Shown piece after piece: positions 1 through 8,944 of a stretch of 26,651 nt of DNA. Source of the DNA: a bacterium (GTDB lineage: Bacteria > Bdellovibrionota_C > UBA2361 > J135); contig JAWXBT010000236.1 of NCBI GenBank assembly GCA_034440315.1, positions 1-26,651 of the forward strand, in the 5' to 3' direction. A program made the position numbers and the translations under genes. Within the stretch, counting starts at the first letter, position 1; every line of letters begins with the position of its first letter. Under the pieces are notes generated by a model, which worked only from the letters and a program-made list of their open reading frames with translations, was not told the origin of the DNA and did no database searches.

Positions 1-1
1 A

Positions 2-433
2 CTTATGAGTTTTGTTATGTTGCCAAATTTTCAATGGCTACTTCTTTGGCTAATGTTAGTAGTTTTTGCAAATGACATAGCTGCTTACTTTATAGGAACA
101 AAAGTAAAGGGACCTAAGCTTGCTCCTGAGATTTCTCCAAATAAAACAATTTCTGGTTCGGTTGGTGCAATTTTTGTTGCTACCACTGTCGGTATTGTTT
201 TTTCTTATCTATTATATCTTCCAGAGAGATATACTTATCTTGATATTTCTCTCTTGAGTGCATTTACTGTAATTGTGGCGCAACTTGGAGACCTTTCTAA
301 GTCATATCTAAAACGCCTATATGGGGTTAAAGATACTGGAAGTATCCTTCCTGGACATGGTGGATTACTAGATAGAGTTGATGGTCTCTTGATGTCAGCA
401 CCAATACTATATTTTTGGCTAGCAGCCTTTTAG
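2..433 (+). CDS. cdsA: Phosphatidate cytidylyltransferase, 5'-truncated at window edge
   Basis: Signature motifs NDIAAYFIG, KLAPEISPNKTISG, GDLSKSYLKR and KDTGSILPGHGGLLDRVD. The frame is open to the left edge, so the ATG at 5 is probably internal. Lies upstream of dxr in the usual order. Confidence 0.95.
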   Translation, partial: LMSFVMLPNFQWLLLWLMLVVFANDIAAYFIGTKVKGPKLAPEISPNKTISGSVGAIFVATTVGIVFSYLLYLPERYTYLDISLLSAFTVIVAQLGDLSKSYLKRLYGVKDTGSILPGHGGLLDRVDGLLMSAPILYFWLAAF

Positions 434-441
434 TTTATTTT

Positions 442-1638
442 ATGTTAGTGCCTTTTAATACTGAAGATTCCAGACTGAATAAAGTTCCGAAACATCGGCC
501 AAGAAATGTTTTAATTTTAGGTTCGACTGGTTCAATTGGAATTTCGGCCTTGGAGATAATAGAAAAAAATAGAGATCTCTTTAGTCCCTTCGGGTTAATT
601 GCAGGAACAAATTCAGTAGAACTGAATAATCAAATTCAAAAATATTCCCCTAAGTTTGCAGGACTTTCTGATATTTATAAAGCTAAAGATCTCAAAATTG
701 AAAATGGATCGATAGTTTCTGGCGTTAGCGAAATTTGTAAACTTTGTGCCCATCCAGACGTTGATATTGTTTTAGCTACAATAGTTGGTATGGCAGGAAT
801 TGAATCAGTTTTTGCAGCGGCCACTGCGGGCAAAGTAATTGCTTTAGCAAATAAGGAGAGTCTTGTTAGCGGTGGGGAGCTTTTGAAGAAAGAGATTGAA
901 AAAAGTAATTCAGTAATATTACCAGTTGATAGTGAGCACTCCGCCATTTTTCAAGCATTACAGGGAGAGAATCCAAATCAAATAAAAAAATTGATCTTGA
1001 CTGCTTCCGGGGGTCCATTTTTTACTAGATCTAGAGCCGATCTTAAAGGCATCACCCCCGAAGAGGCTATAAAACACCCTCGTTGGAACATGGGACGAAA
1101 AATTTCTGTTGATTCAGCTACAATGATGAATAAGGCGCTCGAATTAATTGAGGCACATTGGCTTTTTAATGTAGATTCTGAAAAAATTGAGGTAGTGGTT
1201 CACCCACAAAGTATTATACACTCTTCAGTAGAGTTTGAAGATGGATCTCAGATTGCCCAACTTTCAAATCCTGATATGAAAGGCCCAATTAGTTACGCGC
1301 TTAATTATCCCAGAGGTAGGGTTGTTGGTGCAGTGAAATCATTAGACTTAGGTGCTCTGGGTAGAATTGATTTTGTAAACTTGGATCAGAACAGATTTCC
1401 GGCAGTTAAAATGGCAAAATCCGTTCTTCGTCAGGGGGGATCGGCATCGGCTGTGATGAACTCCGCTAATGAAGCAGCAGTTGCGCTATTTTTAGATAGA
1501 AAGCTAGACTTCGATTGTATCGAGTCAGTCGTTGATCAAAGTATAGAGAAATTCGCATCTGAAAAAGTTATCAATCTTGCTGATTTGATTGAATTAGATA
1601 AGAGAGTTAAAAACAATATTTACGAAGAAAACGTATGA
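442..1638 (+). CDS. dxr: 1-deoxy-D-xylulose 5-phosphate reductoisomerase
   Basis: Motifs ILGSTGSIG, LANKES, PVDSEHSAIFQ, LTASGGPF and HPRWNMGRKISVDSATMMNK. The ORF track starts at 415, overlapping cdsA; the in-frame ATG at 442 is the more plausible start. Confidence 0.96.
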   Translation: MLVPFNTEDSRLNKVPKHRPRNVLILGSTGSIGISALEIIEKNRDLFSPFGLIAGTNSVELNNQIQKYSPKFAGLSDIYKAKDLKIENGSIVSGVSEICKLCAHPDVDIVLATIVGMAGIESVFAAATAGKVIALANKESLVSGGELLKKEIEKSNSVILPVDSEHSAIFQALQGENPNQIKKLILTASGGPFFTRSRADLKGITPEEAIKHPRWNMGRKISVDSATMMNKALELIEAHWLFNVDSEKIEVVVHPQSIIHSSVEFEDGSQIAQLSNPDMKGPISYALNYPRGRVVGAVKSLDLGALGRIDFVNLDQNRFPAVKMAKSVLRQGGSASAVMNSANEAAVALFLDRKLDFDCIESVVDQSIEKFASEKVINLADLIELDKRVKNNIYEENV

Positions 1639-2795
1639 TGTATTTGGTGGCAGTTTTTGTTTTATGTATACTGATTTTTGTTCATGAACTTGGCCATTTT
1701 CTTTTAGCTAAGTGGAACAATGTTGGAGTCTTAGCATTCTCTATAGGATTTGGTCCAATCCTTTGGAAAAAACAAGTTGGTGAGACAACTTATTCCTTAA
1801 GAATTTTTCCCTTAGGCGGTTTTGTGAGAATGGCCGGAGATGATCCAAGAGCACTAGATCCATCCTATAGTCCAGAAGAATCTGAAAGTAAGCCTGGTAT
1901 TGAAAAGTTAGATCCGAATGAATTTACTGAACAGCAGAGAGCCATTATCAAAGATCGAAATAAGTGGTTTTTGTTAAAAGGTTTCTGGGCAAAATTCATG
2001 ATCGTTTTTGCTGGGCCTGGTTTTAATTTTATTTTTGCAATTTTACTAGCAATTATAACTGTCTATATCTATGGTGCCGCTGAACCTGTCGATAAGCCCT
2101 TCATTGGAGATGTAGTTCCAAATCATCCTGCAGAGAAAGCAGGTTTGAAAGCTGGAGATCTTGTAAAGTCCATAAATGGTAAAGAGATTTTAACCTGGAG
2201 TGAACTTTCTGATACAGTTCGTAAATCAGGTGGTCAGAAAATGGCCATATTAATTGATCGACAAGAGTCCGAAAGTGCCACTCTAGAAACATTAAATATA
2301 GAAGTAGTTGCCGAAGAAGATCGTTCTGGTCTTGTTAATGAAAAGGAAAGAGAAACTGGTGATTTTTACCGTATTGGTATTGCTCCAAAGTTTACTAAAA
2401 TTCAGGTTTCTTTTGCCGAAGCAGCAACCACTGGAACTTTTTATGTCTGGTCGTTAACTAAACAAACCGTAATTGGTATAAAAGGGCTAATTTTAGGACA
2501 TATTTCCGCTGATAATATAGCTGGTCCTGTCAGAATTTTTGAAGAAGCAGGCAGAAGTGCCAAGAAAGGACTGGATGCCCTCTTTGGTTTTATGATTTTT
2601 CTAAGTATCAGCTTAGCTGTTCTTAATTTAATTCCAATTCCAGTTTTAGATGGTGGTCATATTTTATTTTTCATAATCGAGGCAGTAAAAGGTTCCCCGA
2701 TTAGTCTAAGGGTTAGAGAAGTTGCAAATCAAGTTGGTTTTGTACTTCTTGTTGGTCTAATGCTTTTTGCGATCAGTAATGATCTCTTTCGTTAA
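1635..2795 (+). CDS. rseP: RIP metalloprotease RseP (site-2 protease, one PDZ domain)
   Basis: HELGH zinc motif, FSIGFGP, PLGGFVRMAG, a PDZ segment (PAEKAGLKAGD) and NLIPIPVLDGG. ATGA overlap with the dxr stop. Confidence 0.95.
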   Translation: MMYLVAVFVLCILIFVHELGHFLLAKWNNVGVLAFSIGFGPILWKKQVGETTYSLRIFPLGGFVRMAGDDPRALDPSYSPEESESKPGIEKLDPNEFTEQQRAIIKDRNKWFLLKGFWAKFMIVFAGPGFNFIFAILLAIITVYIYGAAEPVDKPFIGDVVPNHPAEKAGLKAGDLVKSINGKEILTWSELSDTVRKSGGQKMAILIDRQESESATLETLNIEVVAEEDRSGLVNEKERETGDFYRIGIAPKFTKIQVSFAEAATTGTFYVWSLTKQTVIGIKGLILGHISADNIAGPVRIFEEAGRSAKKGLDALFGFMIFLSISLAVLNLIPIPVLDGGHILFFIIEAVKGSPISLRVREVANQVGFVLLVGLMLFAISNDLFR

Positions 2796-2801
2796 CATCC
2801 A

Positions 2802-3494
2802 ATGAGTTTTTATTTAGCAATCGATACTAGTGGTCCTCAAACATTTGTAAGTATTGGCTCGAGTAAAGTTGGATTTGTCAGTGTATCTAACCCTAGTCGA
2901 TCTGAAGAAACTGGTTTTACTGAAGATCTACCCTGTATTATCCAGGACATTCTTTCTAGCTCTTCAAAGAAATGGTCTGATATCTCAGCTCTTGTTATTG
3001 GATCTGGTCCTGGATCTTTTACCGGATTAAGAGTCGGACTTAGTTATTTAAAAGGTATAGCGTATGGATTATCAATTCCTATTTATCAAATACCTTCTCT
3101 AATGGGCTTCGCTGCCGAATTTAAAAATGAAGCTAAATATATTATTTCTATTTCCAATGCTCAGAGAGAGGAGTTGTTCGTTTCTATTTTTCATATAGTT
3201 GAAAATAGATTTGTACCAAAATCCGTTACCGAAATTGTCCCAATTCTAAGAATAGAATCATGGGTTCAGGGTCAGATTAAGGATTGTTCTTTAGATCAAT
3301 TAAAATACGTCGGATTTGCAGAAGAAGAAATTACTGGCATTCAAATAGCATTACCTTCTAAAGTTACCGAAAGTCTTATTTGCCTTGCGGAACAAGGTTC
3401 ATTAGAAACCTTTGATTTTAATAAAATTGCTCAATTAGAGCCTATTTATTTAAGGAAAGTTAATGCTAGAACGATAGCTGAAAGAGCCTCATAA
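2802..3494 (+). CDS. tsaB: tRNA threonylcarbamoyladenosine biosynthesis protein TsaB
   Basis: N-terminal LAIDTS, GSGPGSFTGLRVG and C-terminal LEPIYLR. Follows rseP. Confidence 0.9.
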   Translation: MSFYLAIDTSGPQTFVSIGSSKVGFVSVSNPSRSEETGFTEDLPCIIQDILSSSSKKWSDISALVIGSGPGSFTGLRVGLSYLKGIAYGLSIPIYQIPSLMGFAAEFKNEAKYIISISNAQREELFVSIFHIVENRFVPKSVTEIVPILRIESWVQGQIKDCSLDQLKYVGFAEEEITGIQIALPSKVTESLICLAEQGSLETFDFNKIAQLEPIYLRKVNARTIAERAS

Positions 3495-3509
3495 AGTTTT
3501 ATTCTGGGG

Positions 3510-3538
3510 TTGACGATACATGATTTAAGGGCTAATGT
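3510..3538 (+). promoter_or_regulatory. Candidate sigma70 promoter for rho
   Basis: TTGACG (3510-3515), 17-nt spacer, TAATGT (3533-3538). Implies a leader of about 270 nt. Confidence 0.5.
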
Positions 3539-3815
3539 TCTTGTGTCTTTTGAACAGCCCTTGTACCAAATCCCCCAGTATACTTCCTTAAATTGAGGAA
3601 GCTAAATTAAGGAAAATAATATCACCCTAATTAAGCGAAGCTGAGGAAGCTAAGAATATAAAAATAGATTTGGATCACTTTGAGTGCTGCAACTTTACAG
3701 TTTATTCCAATAGAAAAGGAAAAATTTTAATCGAAATTTTGTTTTTATTCACACTGCTCTTCCGTTCGGGAGCTCAATAGCAGAGTTAATTAATTAAAAA
3801 AATGGAAAATGTACT

Positions 3816-5063
3816 ATGCATCTAAATGACCTAAAAAAGCTTAAGCCAGCTGAACTTGCAAAGCTTGCAATGGAGTTTAATATTGAAGGTTCTGCTGCTC
3901 TCAAGAGACAGGAACTAATCTTTGCAATTTTGACCTCACAATCTGATTCTAATGGAACAATTTACGGAGAAGGCGTTTTAGAATGTCTTCCCGATGGTTT
4001 CGGATTTTTACGGGCACCCGATTACAACTACCTTCCTGGATCTGATGATATCTATGTTTCACCAGCACAGATAAGAAGATTCGGACTTAGGACTGGTGAT
4101 ATTGTTGAAGGTCAGATTCGTCCACCAAAAGAAGGCGAGAGATACTTTGCTCTTCTAAAAGTCAATACTGTTAACCATGAAGATCCTAGTGTTTTAAAAA
4201 CTAAGGTTAACTTTGATGATTTAACTCCTCTTTATCCGCAAGAAAAATTAAAGATGGAAGTAACCGGTGGGGATATTTCCTGCCGAGTTATAGATCTTTT
4301 CTCTCCAATTGGAAAAGGTCAAAGAGCTTTAATCGTTGCTCCACCTAGAACAGGTAAAACAGTTTTAATGCAAAAAATTGCCAATGCCATTACTGAGAAT
4401 CATCCAGAAGTTGTGCTGATGGTTCTTCTGATCGATGAGCGTCCTGAAGAAGTTACTGATATGGCCCGCTCAGTTAAGGGCGAAGTTATTAGCTCTACTT
4501 TTGATGAGCCTGCACAACGTCACGTTCAAGTTGCTGAAATGGTAATTGAAAAAGCCAAGAGACAAGTTGAGCATAAAAAAGATGTAGTTATTCTTTTAGA
4601 TTCGATCACTCGTTTGGCTCGTGCATACAACACAGTTGTTCCAGCAAGTGGTAAGATTCTATCAGGCGGTGTGGATTCCAATGCTCTTCATAAACCTAAG
4701 AGATTCTTCGGTGCTGCTAGAAATATTGAGGAAGGTGGAAGTTTAACAATCATCGGTACAGCTTTGATTGATACTGGATCCAGAATGGATGAAGTTATCT
4801 TTGAAGAATTCAAAGGGACTGGTAATATGGAGCTTGTGCTTGATAGAAAACTTTCTGATAAGAGAGTTTATCCAGCGATAGATCTTAATAAGTCAGGTAC
4901 TCGAAAAGAGGATCTTCTATTTGATGATAGAACCTTGCAAAAGATTTGGTTACTGAGAAAAGTTCTTAATCCTTTAAATCCTATCGAAGCCATGGAATGG
5001 CTTATTAGTAAAATGAAGGATGCTAAGACCAATCTCGATTTCTTAGAAATGATGAAAGGATAA
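3816..5063 (+). CDS. rho: Transcription termination factor Rho
   Basis: Motifs [25 protein letters not shown], Walker [22 protein letters not shown] and [11 protein letters not shown]. 415 aa, no large N-terminal insertion. Confidence 0.99.
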   Translation: MHLNDLKKLKPAELAKLAMEFNIEGSAALKRQELIFAILTSQSDSNGTIYGEGVLECLPDGFGFLRAPDYNYLPGSDDIYVSPAQIRRFGLRTGDIVEGQIRPPKEGERYFALLKVNTVNHEDPSVLKTKVNFDDLTPLYPQEKLKMEVTGGDISCRVIDLFSPIGKGQRALIVAPPRTGKTVLMQKIANAITENHPEVVLMVLLIDERPEEVTDMARSVKGEVISSTFDEPAQRHVQVAEMVIEKAKRQVEHKKDVVILLDSITRLARAYNTVVPASGKILSGGVDSNALHKPKRFFGAARNIEEGGSLTIIGTALIDTGSRMDEVIFEEFKGTGNMELVLDRKLSDKRVYPAIDLNKSGTRKEDLLFDDRTLQKIWLLRKVLNPLNPIEAMEWLISKMKDAKTNLDFLEMMKG

Positions 5064-5069
5064 TTAACG

Positions 5070-6464
5070 ATGGCAGGGGAAGAAAAAATTAAAATCCTTG
5101 CCGTTGATGATGATCCAGACGGGCTTTTTGCACTTGAAGCAGTACTTAAAGAAGAGGGTTTTGAAGTCATTACTGCCTCAAATGGTAATGATGCTTTTGC
5201 AAAGCTACAAAATGAATTGCCTGATGTCGCATTAGTTGATGTCATGATGCCAGGCATTGATGGATACGAAGTAACAAGGCGGGCCAAAAGTGATCCCGTT
5301 CTTCGATATATTCCCTTAGTTCTTTTAACCGCTCGAAGTTCCCTCGATGATATTGTCTCTGGCCTCAATGAAGGAGCAGATGATTATATTACGAAACCAT
5401 TTGATAAGGTTGAACTTATTGCTCGCCTTAATGCAATTTTGAGATTGAGATCTCTTTATAAAGAGCTACAACAATCAGTTCAGTATAATGAAAACCTAAG
5501 AACGCAGCTTGAAAAACCGAGTACCTTTGCAAATATGGTTGGAAAAAGCCCGGCCATACAAGAAGTGTATGGATTGATTTCAAAAGTTGCCTCTTCGAAA
5601 CTTCCTGTGCTGATTACTGGTGAATCGGGAACAGGAAAAGAATTAGTGGCTCGGGCTGTACATTTTAATAGTAATCGCAAAGACAAACCTTTCGTTGTTC
5701 AGAACTGCTCAACTTTCAATGAAACTCTTTTAGAATCTGAGCTTTTTGGTCATGTAAAGGGAGCTTACACAGGGGCGCAAGCTTCAAAGCGGGGTCTCTT
5801 TGAAGTTGCTGATACTGGAACATTTTTTTTAGATGAAATTGGAGAGATGAGTCCGCAGCTTCAGGCCAAGTTGTTACGAGTATTGCAAGAAGGAACATTT
5901 ATTCCTGTTGGTGATACAAAAGAAAAGAAAGTAGATGTGAGAATAGTTGCCGCAACAAATCGGGATATAAAAAAACTTATTACTGATGGAAAGTTTAGAG
6001 AAGATCTTTATTATAGGATATGTGTCATTGCTATTCATTTACCCCCTTTAAGAGATCGACGTGAAGATATAATTGCTTTGGCACAACATTTTTTAAATAA
6101 GGCTGATACTACTCATAAGAAAAAACTTTCAGCCGAAATTTCTAAGGCAATACTTGATTATAACTGGCCAGGTAATATTAGACAGCTTCAAAATGAGATC
6201 GAACGCTTAGTAGTTCTTAGTGGAGAGGATTCGGTTATTGATCTTAATTTGGCTTCTAACGAAATTACTAATATTGGAGGAAGCTCCAATTCACATTCCG
6301 AATCTTTAGTAGGTGGATTAAAAGAAGCACTTTTAGCTGTAGAAAAGAAGCTAATATTAGATGCCCTTAAGCGAACAGACGGCAATAAGAGTGAGGCGGC
6401 AAGAGAGCTAGGCATCTCTCGTTCAAATCTAATAGCCAAAGCTCAAGAATATGGATTCGAATAA
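5070..6464 (+). CDS. Sigma54-dependent response regulator (receiver + AAA+ + Fis-type HTH)
   Basis: Receiver residues VDDD, DVMMP, LTAR and TKPF. AAA+ motifs GESGTGKE, ESELFGH, GAYTGA, FLDEIGE and DLYYR. C-terminal NKSEAARELGISRSNL. Confidence 0.93.
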   Translation: MAGEEKIKILAVDDDPDGLFALEAVLKEEGFEVITASNGNDAFAKLQNELPDVALVDVMMPGIDGYEVTRRAKSDPVLRYIPLVLLTARSSLDDIVSGLNEGADDYITKPFDKVELIARLNAILRLRSLYKELQQSVQYNENLRTQLEKPSTFANMVGKSPAIQEVYGLISKVASSKLPVLITGESGTGKELVARAVHFNSNRKDKPFVVQNCSTFNETLLESELFGHVKGAYTGAQASKRGLFEVADTGTFFLDEIGEMSPQLQAKLLRVLQEGTFIPVGDTKEKKVDVRIVAATNRDIKKLITDGKFREDLYYRICVIAIHLPPLRDRREDIIALAQHFLNKADTTHKKKLSAEISKAILDYNWPGNIRQLQNEIERLVVLSGEDSVIDLNLASNEITNIGGSSNSHSESLVGGLKEALLAVEKKLILDALKRTDGNKSEAARELGISRSNLIAKAQEYGFE

Positions 6465-6522
6465 ATTAGGGACGGAGCCCAATTATTTTTCCTAAATAAT
6501 TGGGCTCCGTCCCTAATTTATT
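6460..6522. terminator. Perfect 29-bp inverted repeat between convergent genes, likely a bidirectional terminator
   Basis: AATAAATTAGGGACGGAGCCCAATTATTT (6460-6488), loop TTCCT, exact reverse complement (6494-6522). Confidence 0.75.
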
Positions 6523-8842
6523 AAAACGGGAAAAACTTGGGCACTAAATAAATAATCGTCGCAAACAATATGATCGAAAGCGGTGCGCCTAACATAAAGT
6601 AATCTTTTACTTTATAGCCACCAGTTCCCATCACAACTAAATTTGCTCTATGACTAAAAGGAGTCAAAAAGGCAATGGAAGCTCCAAGTGCCACAGCCAT
6701 TACTAATGGATATGGGCTAATTGAGGCTAGTAAAGCAGCTTTAATTGCTATTGGACCTAATATTACTACAGCTATGCCCGCATCTAAGACCTGACTTAGA
6801 AAACTAGAAAGGAAAGCAACAGATGCTAGAAGGAAGTATGGATTTCTTGAACCTACCAATGAAACTAGTTCATTTGTTATGAACTGAGAAGTTCCGCTAG
6901 TATCTAAAGCTATTCCCATTGGGAGTAGGGAGGCAACCAAGACAACCAATTTCCAATCGATATTTTTATAAACTTGTCCTAAGGAGACAGCCTTAGTTAA
7001 GACCAAAAAGACAGCTGTGGTCATTGCAATAATATGAATTGGAGCTACGTGAGCCAACGACATTAAAGTAAATAAAAGTAATCCAGAAAGTAAGTTTAGT
7101 GCCCGATCTTTTCGTAATGGAACTCTCTCGATATCAGAAAGAATTACAAAATCGTGATCTTGCATAAGATTTGAGAAAAGTGATGGTGGTCCAAAAAGTA
7201 ATAGGGCATCTCCAATTCGAAGCACTATATCAGTGAGTCCAGTTCTAATTGGTTTTCCTTGTCTCCAAAGGGCCAGCACTTGAAGTCCATACTTTTCACG
7301 AAAATGGACTTCGTTAATTGTTTGTCCAATTAAAACGGATCTTGGAGTTAAGGCAACTTCTATAAGATTCGTTTCCTGATTATCTGTAAAAATATCTGGT
7401 GCATGTGAATTTATATTTAGAGATCCTAGTTCTGGGACTAGATTGAATCGTTGTGGCTCACAAGCGACAACGATCTCATCGCCTAATTCAAAAATAGTAC
7501 TTTGATTAATAATAGAGATTTTTTCTGAATTTTTAAGCACTAAAAATGGGTGAAGAATAGAAACTGACAAGAAAGAAGCATCGTTATCACGAGATTTATA
7601 AATGTTCTCAACGGAATTAAAAGGAATTGTAAATAATATATCTTTAAAAGCATCAACTTCAACTTTCTTGGTAGTTATTGAGTATTCTCTACCCATCTCA
7701 GAAAGTTTCTCCTCGGAACCTTTGAAAAATCCACAGATCACATCACCAGCTTCAATATAATGCCTATTAATATCGTAAGCATTTATTTTGTCATTTTGTT
7801 TGATGGCAACTAGTGCAAATCTAACTTCATCTAAATTAATTGAATCAATTCTTTTTCCTATCCAGAGAGATCTATTGGAAATTGTAATTTCGATCGGTTC
7901 CCAAATTGCTAAAATCCTATTTAGTTTTTCGCTATTAATCTTTTCAAGTTGTACATTTTTTAATGCCAAAAGCCTTTTTAGATGATCATCTTTTCCGCGA
8001 ACAATTAATGTATCACCAACGCGTAAAATATCAGAGCCGTTAGGTATATTCTTTCTTTGATTTCCACTCATAATTGCCACAACTGCAATATTTAAAGTGG
8101 CACCAAGTTGAAGTGAAGATAATGATTTGCCTGCTAATTCTGAACCTTTTGGGATGGTAATTGAGAATAATCTCTCTTTGAGTCCATAGATATCAGCAAT
8201 ATCTTGTTCTTGATGGGCTCCTATTGATTTTCTTTTTGGTAATAACCATTTTGATGTAGCAATAACAAAAAAAGTTCCTACGGCCATTATTGCAAGACCC
8301 ATAGGAGCAAAGGAGAAAAGTGTTAAGGGATGTAGGTTTGATGCTCTGAGAACGTCTGAGGCAATCATATTAGGAGTAGTACCCAATAATGTTAGAGTGC
8401 CTCCGAGAAGTGAAGCAAATGCTATTGGCATAAATAGTTTCGATGGAGAAAATCCCCCAACTCGTACTAAGTAAGCAGCAATTGGCATCATTATGATAGT
8501 TGTTGATACGTTACTCATTGAGCTAGATATCAATCCAGTAATTATCATTAATGCTAGTATTGTAAGATGTTCACTTTTGCCGAAAAGTTTAAAGATGGCC
8601 CTGCCGAGTCGATCCACAACTCCGGTATCAAAAAGGGCTTCGCTTAAAAAGAAAGTACTTATAAAGACAATGATTGTTGGAGAAGAGAAGCCTAAGAAAG
8701 CATCGTGAGGGGGTATGAATCCCAGAAATACAAAAAATAGAAGTCCTAAAAGAGCAGTTAGATCATATCGAACAGCACCAGTAAGAAAGAGAATGGACAT
8801 GGCGAGAAATACAATTAATACAGAAGCAATTTGAAAGTTCAT
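6521..8842 (-). CDS. SLC13/DASS (CitMHS-like) permease with four TrkA-C (RCK_C) domains
   Basis: Hydrophobic N and C halves with RYDLTAL, GFSSP, SNVSTT, FASLLGGTLTLLGTTPN and FLTPFSHRANLVVMGTGGYK. Four central repeats ending in GD-x-hydrophobic. Confidence 0.88.
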   Translation of the reverse strand: MNFQIASVLIVFLAMSILFLTGAVRYDLTALLGLLFFVFLGFIPPHDAFLGFSSPTIIVFISTFFLSEALFDTGVVDRLGRAIFKLFGKSEHLTILALMIITGLISSSMSNVSTTIIMMPIAAYLVRVGGFSPSKLFMPIAFASLLGGTLTLLGTTPNMIASDVLRASNLHPLTLFSFAPMGLAIMAVGTFFVIATSKWLLPKRKSIGAHQEQDIADIYGLKERLFSITIPKGSELAGKSLSSLQLGATLNIAVVAIMSGNQRKNIPNGSDILRVGDTLIVRGKDDHLKRLLALKNVQLEKINSEKLNRILAIWEPIEITISNRSLWIGKRIDSINLDEVRFALVAIKQNDKINAYDINRHYIEAGDVICGFFKGSEEKLSEMGREYSITTKKVEVDAFKDILFTIPFNSVENIYKSRDNDASFLSVSILHPFLVLKNSEKISIINQSTIFELGDEIVVACEPQRFNLVPELGSLNINSHAPDIFTDNQETNLIEVALTPRSVLIGQTINEVHFREKYGLQVLALWRQGKPIRTGLTDIVLRIGDALLLFGPPSLFSNLMQDHDFVILSDIERVPLRKDRALNLLSGLLLFTLMSLAHVAPIHIIAMTTAVFLVLTKAVSLGQVYKNIDWKLVVLVASLLPMGIALDTSGTSQFITNELVSLVGSRNPYFLLASVAFLSSFLSQVLDAGIAVVILGPIAIKAALLASISPYPLVMAVALGASIAFLTPFSHRANLVVMGTGGYKVKDYFMLGAPLSIILFATIIYLVPKFFPF

Positions 8843-8944
8843 ATCATTTTAGTAGCACCAAATTCTTAATTCGCCCAGGCAAGAAACTGGTCTAACTGCA
8901 TAGTGCACTTGAACAAATTGTCGGAGAAGTATACTCTTTGATAT

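Noticed and set aside
415-441. ORF-track start of dxr at 415
   Set aside because: Overlaps the cdsA end by 19 nt and adds a non-homologous hydrophobic stretch; 442 is more plausible.
4868-5368. 166-aa minus-strand ORF across the rho/regulator junction
   Set aside because: Antisense shadow of two well-supported genes, Ser-rich and without motifs.
6465-6480. GGGACGGAG resemblance to plant Stowaway MITE termini
   Set aside because: A short match with the wrong orientation for terminal inverted repeats, in a clearly bacterial context.
8843-8944. Sigma54 promoter served by the nearby regulator
   Set aside because: No correctly spaced GG-N10-GC on either strand.
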